Source: Oopsacas minuta
Lineage: Eukaryota > Animalia > Porifera
Direction of reading: 5' to 3'
Length of the DNA: 64,000 bases
Assembly: GCA_024704765.1 (NCBI GenBank)
Contig: JAKMXF010000321.1
Span: forward strand, 1,116,001 to 1,180,000
Below, one piece after another: positions 12,302-24,437 of the stretch. The notes under the pieces are model-generated. The model searched no databases, was not told where the DNA came from, and worked only from the letters and a program-made list of their open reading frames with translations. Every line of letters starts with the position of its first letter. The first letter of the stretch is position 1. The position numbers and the translations under genes are program-made.

Positions 12302-14416
12302 ATGCTTCGAAAGAGAAAAAAGTCTGAAGGAGAATACCGTGAGGAATCTGAGAGGAAGCAAGCTGAGTTGTTCTGGCTAAAAGAGCAAGAAGCTCAACAA
12401 CATACCTGGGATCAACAAGCTGAACTTGACTACCAAGATTTAGCTCACAAGCAACAGGGACGGGTAGAAGATTCATCTTATCCAGAGCTATTCGATTACA
12501 AGAAAACATCTAATTACAATGTTACATATATGGGAGTTATGATGGGACTTAATTTCCAACCTATCACTGAGACAGGAAAGTCTGACTTTGTTGAGCAGAT
12601 AGACCTGGCTCAGAGGCAAGGGAGGATTCCATGGGTAGCTAATGTAGAAGATGCAAGGACTCTTACTATTTCTAGGTTAGGCTTCAGAAGTGTAATCTCG
12701 CTTTCCATAATCTGCAAATTATCTATTAATAACTCAGGCTGATCTAGCATAACTAGACCATGACTTACTATATACACTGCTTGCTATGCAAACAATTACC
12801 AAAATAGTATGCCAGGCCATTGATTATATTCTGTTTGATCATGAAGAATTGCAGTTATCATTACAAATTCAAATGTGAATAGGTTTCCACATACAACGAA
12901 AACATCTATAATACTTTTGAACATGCTTTTCAGGTTATATTAATCACAATGACGCAATCGAAGTTCATGCCCATATGTGGTAATTTTCCATTTTTGTCAA
13001 ATTTTCAGACATTCTTAACACTTGAACTAATCTTTTTTATCAAAATATATCCTACTTGTTAAATGTTAGTTTAAGTAACCAAAAGATGCTCTACATTTCA
13101 TAAACATTCGTTATTAACAATTCATATTAATGATATTCGCCATAAAACAACGTAAAATTTTCAATCCTAGAAAATTGAAGAAATTCCATCAAACAATCTT
13201 CCCGAGCACAAAATACGTCATAATTGTTAACCGTTTGTATAAGTTGATTTATTACAGTTTCTTTGGTGTTTTTGTGCTAAGTTAAGGCCACTGTTAATGA
13301 GAAACTTGTTTCAGCTCCACATTAGACCTATGCGGGCGGACGTTTCATTATCATTATCTCATTATTTTGTGAGGTATCAGCTGGAATATTGGTTCATTAA
13401 CTTCATTCATAAAAGATATTATATTTCCTAAAATCAAATTTGATATGAGAATAAACTATGAAAAAGATACTTCTATTGTACTCTAGCCAGTTTGTACACC
13501 TTGTAGTTGAAATACATTGAGTAAATGATGAATAATGACAATAATGACAATATTAGTGCGGTACCGAAATCAGATGCGGGCAGTAAAGCTGAAACATGTT
13601 TCCAAATAACAGTTGCCTAATACGAATCATGATTCATTTCATGAGATTTGTGGATTTTTCGATGATGATGTATTTATGAGTAAAATAATAACCATAATTG
13701 AAGGTGAATGTTGATTGTGTCATTGTGGTTAAAATAACCGAGTATGGATTGAAACAGCATTTCTAGATCTTAACTATCTTGATTAAGTTCTTACTACATT
13801 ACCAAATAGCTATATAGATCATTTGATACCGTGTACTGCATATTTCACGAAACTCATTTATAGTATACGTAGTTGATATTTATCTTGGCACGGCGTGTAC
13901 AATATTTCCTCTACTTTTTATCGTTAAGATTTATATTTCCCTAGCCTAATACGTATCGTACTTTTGATTTTTACGAGATTGCCTCCTACTAACTTGCTAT
14001 TAATTTCAGTGATATATTACACGTAATATAGCAAGAATTTGGGTAATTGTGAATGGTATATCTATTTAGAGGGAGGAAAGTTTTGAAATACACGGCAATT
14101 TTGATGCTGATCATGGTATTAACAGAATTTCTACCATCAGTAGTTGTATTTTCAATATTTCACTAGACATGAAGTGAAGATAACAGACACTCACAAGTTG
14201 CAAGTATATCACCGCCATACTCTGCATAAGATCGTTGGAATTATATATTTTGAAGATGCTTTCGGTAAATATATGCTTTCTCTTCAAATGAGGACTGATA
14301 ATCCCATTTGTTTCGATTTCTTTATTTACGGAGTGAATAATGAGTCAGATGGGAAGAACATATGTCTCACTCTAGCCCAGGCATTCGAAACTATTCAAAA
14401 GAAGCTGAGATGCTGA
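12302..14416 (+). CDS. ITGB1BP1: ICAP-1-like PTB-domain protein; exons 12302-12675 and 14167-14416, 207 aa
   Basis: TCTAG|GTTAGG donor and CACTAG|A acceptor (phase 2) fuse two ORFs into a complete PTB fold. MLRKRKK start, FVEQIDLAQRQGRIPWV, VYHRHTLHKIVGIIYFEDAFG and ICLTLAQAFETI recall human ICAP-1 ([57 protein letters not shown]). Confidence 0.8.
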
Positions 14417-14472
14417 GAAGCTGAGAAGCTGAGAAGCTGAGAAGCTGAGAAGCTGAGAAGCTGAGAAGCTGA
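14401..14472 (+). repeat. Tandem repeat (GAAGCTGA)x9
   Basis: Nine 8-bp units; the second unit is the variant GATGCTGA. Confidence 0.95.
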
Positions 14473-15794
14473 TATCTTCTAAATCTTAAATTATTTGAAA
14501 ACAAATTTTATAAATTTCTTATATTTTATTGTTTCTTTAGTTCTAATATTTATTTATATTATTTAATTGTAAATCACTTAATATATTTCAATGAACTCTA
14601 CTATGAGCAATTTAATTAATTTACGAGTCTTTGCCTCTTTTTTTCGCGAAGATTTCGTCGCTCCACTCCTTGAGGTATGTCACTTGAGTGTAGCTTGAGG
14701 AATACAATGAATAGAGGCACGGCCAGAACCTGTATGATCATGAAAGTGATGCTGTCATCGCTGCTCCAGCCCCCTCTACTCCTTCTCCAATGATGCGCAT
14801 TTATTAAATTATTTATTAAATATGATACAAAGCAAACCAGTGTTTTCCCCAAAGTCCGTCAATTAACGTGCTTAGGATATCTAGCTGCGTTAATATGAAG
14901 ACATATGCATAGCGTTTAGTACATCTATAAGGGACAGAGGCCCCCTTAATCCCCAAAATGAGCGCTTTCCAAAATTATTGTGGGAAACGCTGGCGCAACC
15001 TCTATAAGCTTGGTTTCACTTTCGTATATTCCATAAAGACGAACCTATATGAGCACTAAGCACGGGGTGTGGAATGGGGGATCTCAGGAGATCCAGGGTT
15101 TCCTAGGGAATGAAATTTGGTTCCCATACGCATCCCATTCCGTCAGGGCATTCTGTGGAAATTTCCATCTTAAAGAAATGATCTCCCATTCCCACGGCAA
15201 CCCTGGAGATATCAAAATATTTGCAGTCCCGACTATTCCCACTTAAGGGGGTTCTACTGTATTAAGCTAACAACTATGCTCTAAATTTTCGAAAGTGTGC
15301 ATTATCAGTGTTTACTACGTATGATAAGTACTTTGTGTTTATTTGTGTGTAAATACATATTCAATAAATTTCATAAAACAAATATACTTTATACTGGAGT
15401 GGAGGGTGAAGCGCCCTCCCCCTGGATCCGCCCTGAAAACAAACAAATATTAACAATAAGAATACGCAATCCAAATTCATTTTGTGGACTTATTCACAAT
15501 AAGTTGACAAAATGAAAATTGATTTCATCGTAGTTAGTTACAATTACTCCATAGTACCCGTTGAGTGCAAGTCATTACGATTACCTTTCGGTGGTGTGAA
15601 TACTGAGTAGATTTGGAATATTCCTTATATATAAATTTATTATTGTTTCATGAGTATAATGTGAACAAATTTTATATATTTCAGATTATGCAGGTGAATT
15701 TGTATTGTCTGAAGCTATTTCAGATCAGGAACACTGTCGGATTATTGAGGTCTTCCGGATTATACAGATGTTGCATGTTGGTTTATTCTGGTTC

Positions 15795-16039
15795 CACTTT
15801 ATATTCATAAAAACAACAATAAGTTTACATATGATTAATTCATAAGTATGGAATCGGATTCAGCATATTCGATACACTTAGTCTAGTTTTATTTGAATTC
15901 TGTATACTTCATTGGTAAACACGATAAATACATAGTTATACGGCATCTCAGAATTGAGAAATTAAATACAACATTCCATAAATCCTTTCCTTGACAACAG
16001 ACAAACAGACATACAAAATTAACAATTTAATACTATAGA
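15795..16039 (-). mobile_element. Helitron-like family A, 5' fragment
   Basis: Reverse strand begins A|TCTATAGTATTAAA..GTCTGTTTGTCTGTTGTCAAGGAAAGG, matching 23327 onward. Confidence 0.6.
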
Positions 16040-16299
16040 TTAATTATTTATGGTTGGAAAGGTAATTTTCTCAGCATTTTCATTTTCAATGTTGGGTTTT
16101 GTCATTTGTGTAACCTTGGGGAAATTTTTATGAAGAATTTTGTATAGTCATTGAAGTTCGATCACTTTTTTTGTTATTTTCGTAATCAGTGTAAAATTCC
16201 CAGTCTTTTAAGTGGTCACATCAGACATGGCCATATTCGGAAATATTTTTGCACAACAGAGCAAGAATGTCTCAGGAAAGGAATGTGTTTACATTCCAT

Positions 16300-18050
16300 T
16301 CTCAAAACTTTCCCAAATACTATCGAGTGTCATCTTGTTCGACGCCACTCAACAAATTGAGTCTAGTTATGTACATATCAGTCATCTAAATAACCTTTAA
16401 CTCGATTTTACGATATCCTCCCCCGTGGCCTTCTAATTCTCTTTCTATTTTTTCACATATTTCTTGCAAATACTTGATAATTCCTTTTGTTTATAAATAG
16501 GTTTCTTCCATTCTGCTGACGAACATACATTTTGCATAAACTATTATCTAACTACCTGTAATATAGTGTGATTTCATCATAGTTGTAATCACGTTGTTTT
16601 GACGAAAACAACGTGTGAATGCTTCGTGTTTGCAAGAGCAGTATCACATCAAAATAATTAATATTGTGTTTTGCAACGATATAATCTATATTATTAAATC
16701 TCTATTGTTGTTTGTTTGTCCATTGTCAAGGAAAGAATTTACGGCATGCAATTTTGAAATTCTCTTTTGTATAATATCTTTACATCTGCTGATTAAGTTG
16801 TTATCAATTTCGTCCAATTCAAATTTTTCTATTTCCAATTGGGAGAATGTTAGCATGATCTCACTCTCTAGTAACCAGGATAATGCCATCAACTTTCTCA
16901 GCCAGCTGGAAAATTCAGATTCTCTTTTGTAAAGATTTGAGAGCTCTAAGACTTGTACTTTATTCCAGATTGTCTGGGTGAAATGAAACCAGCAGCCTGT
17001 TATCTGTATTTCTGGGAATAATTGTCTGAAAACATTTCTAGGTGCCTTTGCGAAATTGCTGATGGTTCTTCAGTCTTACTTCCCATCAAGATATGCAAGG
17101 CAGGAACACTGTGTCCATTAAATGTCATGAAGATTGTGAATACCTGGTAAAATATACGTGGTACTGTGTAGAAGGTGCCATCAAATTGAATTTGTTCAGC
17201 AACCTTTAACTTCTCGAGCATGAGTCTGATGCTAGATTAACTGCTGATCCTTCATTAATATGAACACTCCCCTTATACAAATCGGAGTATGGAGTTTCAG
17301 TAATTAGTTGGCAAAAATCTTGTATATCCATTGGGAGACAAGGGAATAATTTTCTTCTTCTTTGCACATAATACTTTCTAACTCTTGAAATGAAACTGAT
17401 ATGGAAGCAGGATCTCCTCATCATGTTGTTATTGAAAATTTGGCTGCAGGTCAAAACGGCCACAATCCAAAATGGCGACAAACCATAACGACTGGAGCCT
17501 GGGAGTTGGCCAGAATTCCCTTGACGTCTCTACGTGTTGCTGAGAATTACTATCATTTCTAATGATATCATTTAGGTGTATTGGTTTGTGGCCATTTTGA
17601 CTAGAAATCGAAAATTTCACATAATTTTTCTGAAGAACATTCAGCTGCTTTTTTCAACTTATTTCATAAAGTGATTTCGGAACGTTTATACGCATTCTCG
17701 TCATGGCAATATTCGGATGTTAACCTTAATGCATTAGAAACATGATCAATATGGACATATCCTGGGCATCCTGAGGCTCTATTGTGAGCATCTAAGGTAG
17801 GTGCAGCTTTCGGAAGAGTGAACTTTAGAATATCGATAACCTCCTGATTCGTAATCAAGGGAATTAACCTTTCTTCCTTCAACCATAGATTTTTCAATTG
17901 ACAATAGTAGAGTAGTGAATCTCGAGCATATTTCCTTGAATATATGGAAAATACACATGATATGTAGCCATTCAAAGAAATTGATGAACAAATGTGATGA
18001 TTTCCCACTAATAGTGTTTTATCATAATTAGGTAAGTGCATTGTTAGTCT
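16300..18050 (-). mobile_element. Decayed Mutator-like (MULE) transposase
   Basis: QFDGTFYTVPRIFYQVFTI, GCWFHFTQTIWNKV and MMALSWL; an upstream FLYWCH-like segment (17664-18041). A Helitron family A 5' fragment is inserted at about 16685-16770. Confidence 0.75.
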
Positions 18051-18460
18051 TCTACATATGTAGGTCCAAATCCTACTTCATAACATACGTAGATCTAATT
18101 ACTACTTCATAAGCATGTAAAATTCCGCGTTCCCGTTATAGGAGCTACATGGCATTTTATGATTACTCAGTTATAGGTTTTCACGATTGCTTGAAAAAAT
18201 ATAGTATTATATTGCAAATTATCGTACAAAGCCCTCCACAACTTCTAAATGGATATCCTTTTCCGCGGCAAGCCTGATAGATAATCCAATCACATGGTGT
18301 ATTATATCATTATTAATATAACTTACATTATTTTGGAAATATTCCAACTAGAAGTAACCTTACACATTTGTATGCAGTATTTATTGTGTGATATAATACA
18401 GCAGCGTCTGTTGAGTAGAATAATTAATATTTGGAAATCAACAATTATCTGATTAGTTGA

Positions 18461-19273
18461 TCAAAGTTTCTTTATTTGATTGCTAAAAGCTGCGAGTGAA
18501 TAGTGACTACACTGAAATCCTAAATTGTATTCGGCTGTAAGCACATCCTCAGTTGTAATTATCTTTCTTTTCTGACTAGAACATATTTCATTCGCTTCTG
18601 ATGAAATAAAATTTACAAACTCACTAACACATTCTTGCATACACATCTTCGCCTCTGTAGATACTTTTGTGTTTCCAGGTAGTACACTTTTCATTATCCT
18701 TGATACGTTAGTGATAGGAAAAAGATAATCTTGTTCTCTCAGTGAGTAGGTACTACTTTCCTTATTCACCCCTGCAAGCTCTATTTGCAACTGACAATAC
18801 TTGACAAATCCGATACCACAATCCACACCCACATTTCTCACCACATCTCTTTCCGCTTGTATTTCACATGTGTCTCTGGAGTGCTGCGGGAATTCTTTCT
18901 GATAGTGACAGCTGATTAATTGATGCGCTTTTTTGAATTCTTTTAATGTATCAGGGAGTTTTGAAGACTTAGGTATTGGTAGCTTATTTGGGATATCGCT
19001 TAGCAAAGTCCTTCCACGGAAGTATTCTAAAGGGAGTGTAATTTCTGAATCTAATTTCAATTCTTTCAGAAATCTTGAATAATAGTCTATATAATTGTTC
19101 AATTGATAAGAATATTGAAATAATGGATTGTCTAGGACAGACCTAGAAAACAGTGAATCAAAGAGTTCATTAGTAAGGAATGATTGCTCCATATTGTTGC
19201 TTGAATAAGATATGAATTCCATTTCTGCATCCTCACCAACTAATTCGTTATCTACAAGTCGTAGCGTCATCAT
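18461..19273 (-). CDS. Divergent, intronless NF-YB-like histone-fold protein with long N-terminal extension (270 aa)
   Basis: The C-terminal ~95 aa (LREQDYLFPITNVSRIMKSVLP..KVSTEAKMCMQECVSEFVNFISSEANEICSSQKRKIITTEDVL...LGF) match the NF-YB core; the ORF is uninterrupted. Confidence 0.8.
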   Translation of the reverse strand: MMTLRLVDNELVGEDAEMEFISYSSNNMEQSFLTNELFDSLFSRSVLDNPLFQYSYQLNNYIDYYSRFLKELKLDSEITLPLEYFRGRTLLSDIPNKLPIPKSSKLPDTLKEFKKAHQLISCHYQKEFPQHSRDTCEIQAERDVVRNVGVDCGIGFVKYCQLQIELAGVNKESSTYSLREQDYLFPITNVSRIMKSVLPGNTKVSTEAKMCMQECVSEFVNFISSEANEICSSQKRKIITTEDVLTAEYNLGFQCSHYSLAAFSNQIKKL

Positions 19274-19962
19274 TTTAGTTTAATATATTCGCCAAATGAA
19301 AATATGTTGCAAAGCTTTATACTGCGCATTTCCCTAACATCTGTAATTAATTTAATTTCATTCTCTCGAAATTCTATTTTTACTCATCTACATCTTAGAT
19401 ATTAAAATTCAATGCTTTTTAATACTGCTATGGCTAATGGTGAGATGATGTGATGGCACGGGCATTGTGCGATTTCCATTAATTCCATCTGTCTGCATAA
19501 ACACAAAATCGGTGCATACTTATGTACATGTTGACACTTCGGGACTGGGGTTGGATATATTCTAAGGTGACTATCGCACGCCTATCCGGTGATCAATCAT
19601 ATTTTCACATATCTGATAATATGTTCGAGACAAACGTCATATAAGAATTATCGTAAATATTTCTAAAATAGGAATATATCAAAAATATCGGAAAATATCT
19701 AAATAATAGGAAGATAGCAGGAAAATACCGAAAATATCAGAAATATCGGAAAATGTTGGAAATACATATCGAAAATTTCAATCTTTTTGAATTTTTTATT
19801 GTTTCCATATACAATAGGTCCTCTTAATTGTCCGCTTCGGACGCCAATACCCACTGGAGGACAATTAGAAAGGACCCAGTGTAGTCAGGATAACTTAGCC
19901 AAATTTAGGCATAACCATAAAGTCGTGTACTACATTAAATCCTCGCCTTGCTAAATACATAA

Positions 19963-22282
19963 CACTGCCCTGCGTCAAATTTGCTGATTATTATCCATGG
20001 GTTGTTTTTAGTTAACTTGAGTATGCTGATTCTCAATCTGTCATCAGAATTCCCCTATCACGTCTCGTTTTTACTCAAATGTTATTTTAATGTAGGTCGA
20101 TTTTTTTAAGTCCACTTCCCTAGAATAAATGATTTTATTTGATACATGTGCGAATTTTTGTCTTTTGAAATAAACAGATGCGTACTTTATTGCATTTTCT
20201 AATTAGTCCCTTTAACTCCATTCTTTTCTACATAATTTGTTCTATTTTTATTTTTGTTATATACATCTTTATTGTACTATAGTCTACAATTTTGATATTT
20301 TATTATCATATGACTTATCGGAGAAGGTGCAGTAATGATCCAGACGTCTTTTGTTATATTTGTGGTAGTTTTATGACTTCTAAACAAACTACGGCAATAA
20401 CAGGATTTGTTAAAAAAGCATATTTAGGATATTTTGGAATGAGATTAGGTGATCAAGACAAAACATGGGCTCCACATACAGTGTGCCGATCTTGTGTAGA
20501 AATTTTGAGACAATGGACAAAAGGAATCAGAAAGAGTTTAAGTTTTGGAATTCCAATGATATGGAGAGAGCCACAAAATCACATTAGCGATTGTTACTTT
20601 TGTATCGTGAATATTTCCGGATTCAATGCTAAAACCAAGTCATTGATCAAGTATCCAAATTTACATTCAGCAATACGACCCGTTCCCCATTCTATTGATG
20701 TACCTGTTCCAAAATTTACTAATTTGGATGTTATCTCGGAAATCGATGATTGTGAAACTAGAGATTCATTAATTAGAGAAGATGAGGATTTTATTCCGTG
20801 TGTATTATCTCGTTCTAATTCTCCACAGTTATTTAATCAGTCTGAATTAAATGATTTGGTACGTGATTTAGATTTACCTAAAAGAATCTGCGGAGTTGTT
20901 AGGTTCTAGGCTAAAAGAAAAAAACTTGCTTCTCCCAGAAACAAATTTTACTCATATAGGAACAGAGAGATCGAATTTTTGAATTATTTCATAATGGAAG
21001 ACGGATTTGTGTTTTGTCATGATGTTTCACCGCTAGTTAATGCTCTTGGATGTCCGTATGTACCTAATGATTGGAGACTCTTTATTGATAGTTCAAAACA
21101 AAGTTTGAAATGTGTTCTACTTCATAATGGCAACAAATTTAGTTCCATACCAATTGGACATTCAGTAAGTTTAAAGGAACGATATGATAACATGAAAATT
21201 GTGCTTCATAAAATTAATTATAACCAGCACAATTGGGTAATCTGTGGTGACTTAAAAATCATATGCATTCTTTGGGGACAGCAATCAGGATATACAAAAT
21301 ACCCTTGTTTTTTATGCTTATGGGACAGTCGTGTGAAGAGCGAACACTATTCTAGACAGAGCTGGCCAGCTAGAACCAATCTTAATGTTGGAAATAAGAA
21401 TATTATTCACGAGCCTCTAGTGGATCCTCTCAAGATTTTGCTCCCATCACTTCATATAAAATTAGGATTGATGAAACAGTTTGTAAGGGCATTAGATAAA
21501 GAAGGAAATTGTTTCAAATAAATTACCGAGAAGTTTTACTACCTAAGTGATGAAAAAAGAAAAGCAAGTATATTCGACGGTCCTCAGATAAGACAACTTG
21601 TTCGAGATGATAATTTTTCAAATTCTATGATATGCAAAGAAAAATGTGCATGGAATGCATTTGTAAATGTCATGAAAAACTTCTTGGGAAATACGAAATC
21701 TCCTAATTATAAAATACTTGTGAATGAGTTGATTGAACCTTACAAGAATCTCGGCTGCAATATGAGTGTAAAAGTTCACTTTCTTCACAGTCATATTGAC
21801 TATTTTCCAGAGAATCTTGGAGCTGTTCCCGAGGAGCAAGGTGAACGATTGCACCAAGACATAAAAACAATGGAAACACGATATCAGGGGAGGTGGGACG
21901 TTCATATGATGGCTGATTACTGCTGGTGCCTCAAGAAAGATTGTATTGATGTGTTATTCATGCTAGAATGTCAAAAAAATGGAAATTTACTCCTGATTCA
22001 GACTAATATATTCAAAGTTATTTATTAACTAAGATTATATTATCAATAAAAATTTATTGTAATTCTTAGTTAAAATTTATAAATGGCAGATTTTCACTAT
22101 TTTACTTGTGAGGTATTATGCATTCATCGATAAATATACCAATATTTAAAAATAATTTTGCTAAAAAACTAGACGTGATACGTATATTTTACAACATTTT
22201 TCAAAATCAGAATTAAAATGTGGATTAGAAAATGTTTTGCAATAACAATCAGCAAATAAAATTTTTTTCCCGCAGGGTTGTG
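19963..22282 (+). mobile_element. Near-full-length Chapaev3-like transposon; transposase broken into 20292-20909, 20979-21521 and 21627-22028
   Basis: TAA|CACTGCCCTGCG ... CGCAGGGTTGTG|TAA (CAC/GTG ends, 3-bp TAA TSD). Motifs: CYICG..WAPHTVC, FIDSSK, GDLK, PCFLC, LHIKLG, HFLHSH, EEQGERLHQD. Confidence 0.8.
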
Positions 22283-22407
22283 TAATAATTCAGGGCTGTG
22301 TAATAATTCAGGGCTGTGTAATAATTCAGGGCTGTGTAATAATTCAGGGCTGTGTAATAATTCAGGGCTGTGTAATAATTCAGGGCTGTGTAATAATTCA
22401 GGGCTGT
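22273..22407 (+). repeat. 18-bp minisatellite (CAGGGCTGTGTAATAATT) x7.5
   Basis: Seven full units plus a 9-bp partial unit, with no spacers; it overlaps the Chapaev right terminus. Confidence 0.95.
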
Positions 22408-23326
22408 ATCTACTTATTTTGAGTTGGCAAAAACTCCGCCAACTCATTCAAAACCAAGAGTTAACTCCAAATAATGAGTTTACACATTATATCTGATATA
22501 TTACAGTTACTGCGGAAGCATGACTTGGCGGATGCAAAATAAAAGGTTACGTTATTCCATAGATGCTTTCCAATTCTTGGAGCAGATATTAAACCTAACT
22601 TCCAGGCTCGATTTGTTTATGTCACATTCAATCATGTTTAAGGATAAAAACATTGATAGATCTTGTCAAAATGTTGAGTTTTGAATTTATCAACTTTGGG
22701 TGTTGCACTCAACTGTCAACATAGATTTGAATTGCGATTTTATATATTTGTGTGTTTATCACAACCCTTAGAATATACAGTATCAACTTAGAAGCTGAGA
22801 CATCCCTTTTGCATTATATAGAGGAGTTATTCTCAGAACCCTAGGGTCCTGATAGTAAATCTCAAGTCCCTAGTGTCCTAGCATTATAACTGGGACCCTA
22901 GGGTTCCAGTTCGAAATTTTATCCAGGTACCCTAAGGTCCTAAGTCTAAATATTCGCTCCGGGACCCTATATTTACTAATGGAAATATAACTATATAATT
23001 CTACTAATAATTAAACACATAATTGTTTCTCTCTATAATCAAATCAAACACCACACCAGTTATCCATATAGTGTACTGAAATGCTCACTTCCTGCGCTAA
23101 TGTGAATGAAAGAAACCAATCAAAATTAAAATACACTAGACTGATATAATAAGTTTTTAAAATACACTAAAATAGAGTCCTAGATATAATTTTCCAATTA
23201 CATATAGCTTGTAAACACCTAAGGACCTATCATGTCCGGACATTTTACCGCAAACTAGAAAAATTCAAATTTCCAAAAATTATAGTCTTAAACTCTTCGT
23301 TATTGTTAAACCTGGAATATACACTA

Positions 23327-23809
23327 TCTATAATATTAAATCACAATTGTTGTTTGTCTGCTTGTTTGTCCGTTGTCAAGGAAAGGATTTACGGTATGCA
23401 ATTCTGAAATTGTCACATAACTATGTATTTATCGTGTTTATCAAGGAAGTAAATAGAATTCAATAAAAACTTCACTAAATATGTTCACTGAATAACACAG
23501 TAAGCTGAATCCGAATTTCGCATTTTCAAGTTTCTCATGTAAATTTATTGTTGTTTTTATGAATATAAAGGAAAGAAATTAGCAATATCTCAAAATTTAC
23601 GCAGATTCTTGCTCTTAACGGCTACAAATGGGGTTGATCTTACAAAACAGTTCAATATTATATATCCCATATATACATATATTTGTGAATTACATTTTTC
23701 TAAATATATCTATATTATAATACTCAAAGGTGCCGTCAATTTGAAGAATGATGGATACCTCGAGACGCAATGCGCCGAGTTAATCGCGAAGCGACGAGCC
23801 AAAGGCTCG
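23327..23809 (+). mobile_element. Complete non-autonomous Helitron-like element (family A)
   Basis: Starts A|TC with a GTCT/GTTT microsatellite near the 5' end. The 3' end has hairpin TCGC-GAA-GCGA, 11 nt, then CTCG|T. At least 5 other fragments occur in the window. Confidence 0.65.
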
Positions 23810-24437
23810 TATAGAGGTAAATTTCAATGATGTAAAGCATCATTACCTCTAATGTATGCCCAACTCGCTGTGGAGGTTCATTTCTATGGAAATGAATGAA
23901 GGTGGACCAAAATTGCATTGATTATAGAGACCCCACTTATAGAGGTTACGCTGTATATCAGAAATATTCTGTCTGACCCAAACTAAAAATTTATTAGACC
24001 AACTATTTCAGACGTTTTGGGTCCGGGATAACATTTAGGTACGGCCTGACCAAAAACAACATAGACCATTTATTTCGTGACAGGTATCAATCATATTTTA
24101 TCATGTAGTATTCATGCTTGAATTTCTACATCTGTAGTAGACTAACAGTTGATGTCAATAGAAATACATTTTGATATTTGTAGGATAATTTAATTAATAT
24201 GTTTTTCTGTATGATTAGTCAGAAACTAAATTCAAAAGTGTTTGTGTATGCTGTTTCAGCATTCTTTGGGTAAAATTTTAAGCCCCTCCCCATTCTCAAA
24301 ATCCTAGATAGACCAGTGATAAATGGTTGGATATGTATATCAATCATAGCTTAATATATACAGACACTGCATTTCAAGGACATAAATATATTTGTATTAA
24401 TCAATATATATTTGTTGAGCATTTAAATTTAATTCAA

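Noticed and set aside
22273-22407. CRISPR-like array or repeat proteins (CNNSGL)n / (LHSPEL)n
   Set aside because: Identical units abut with no spacers and no cas genes; the ORFs 22169-22447 and 22278-22496 are translations of the minisatellite.
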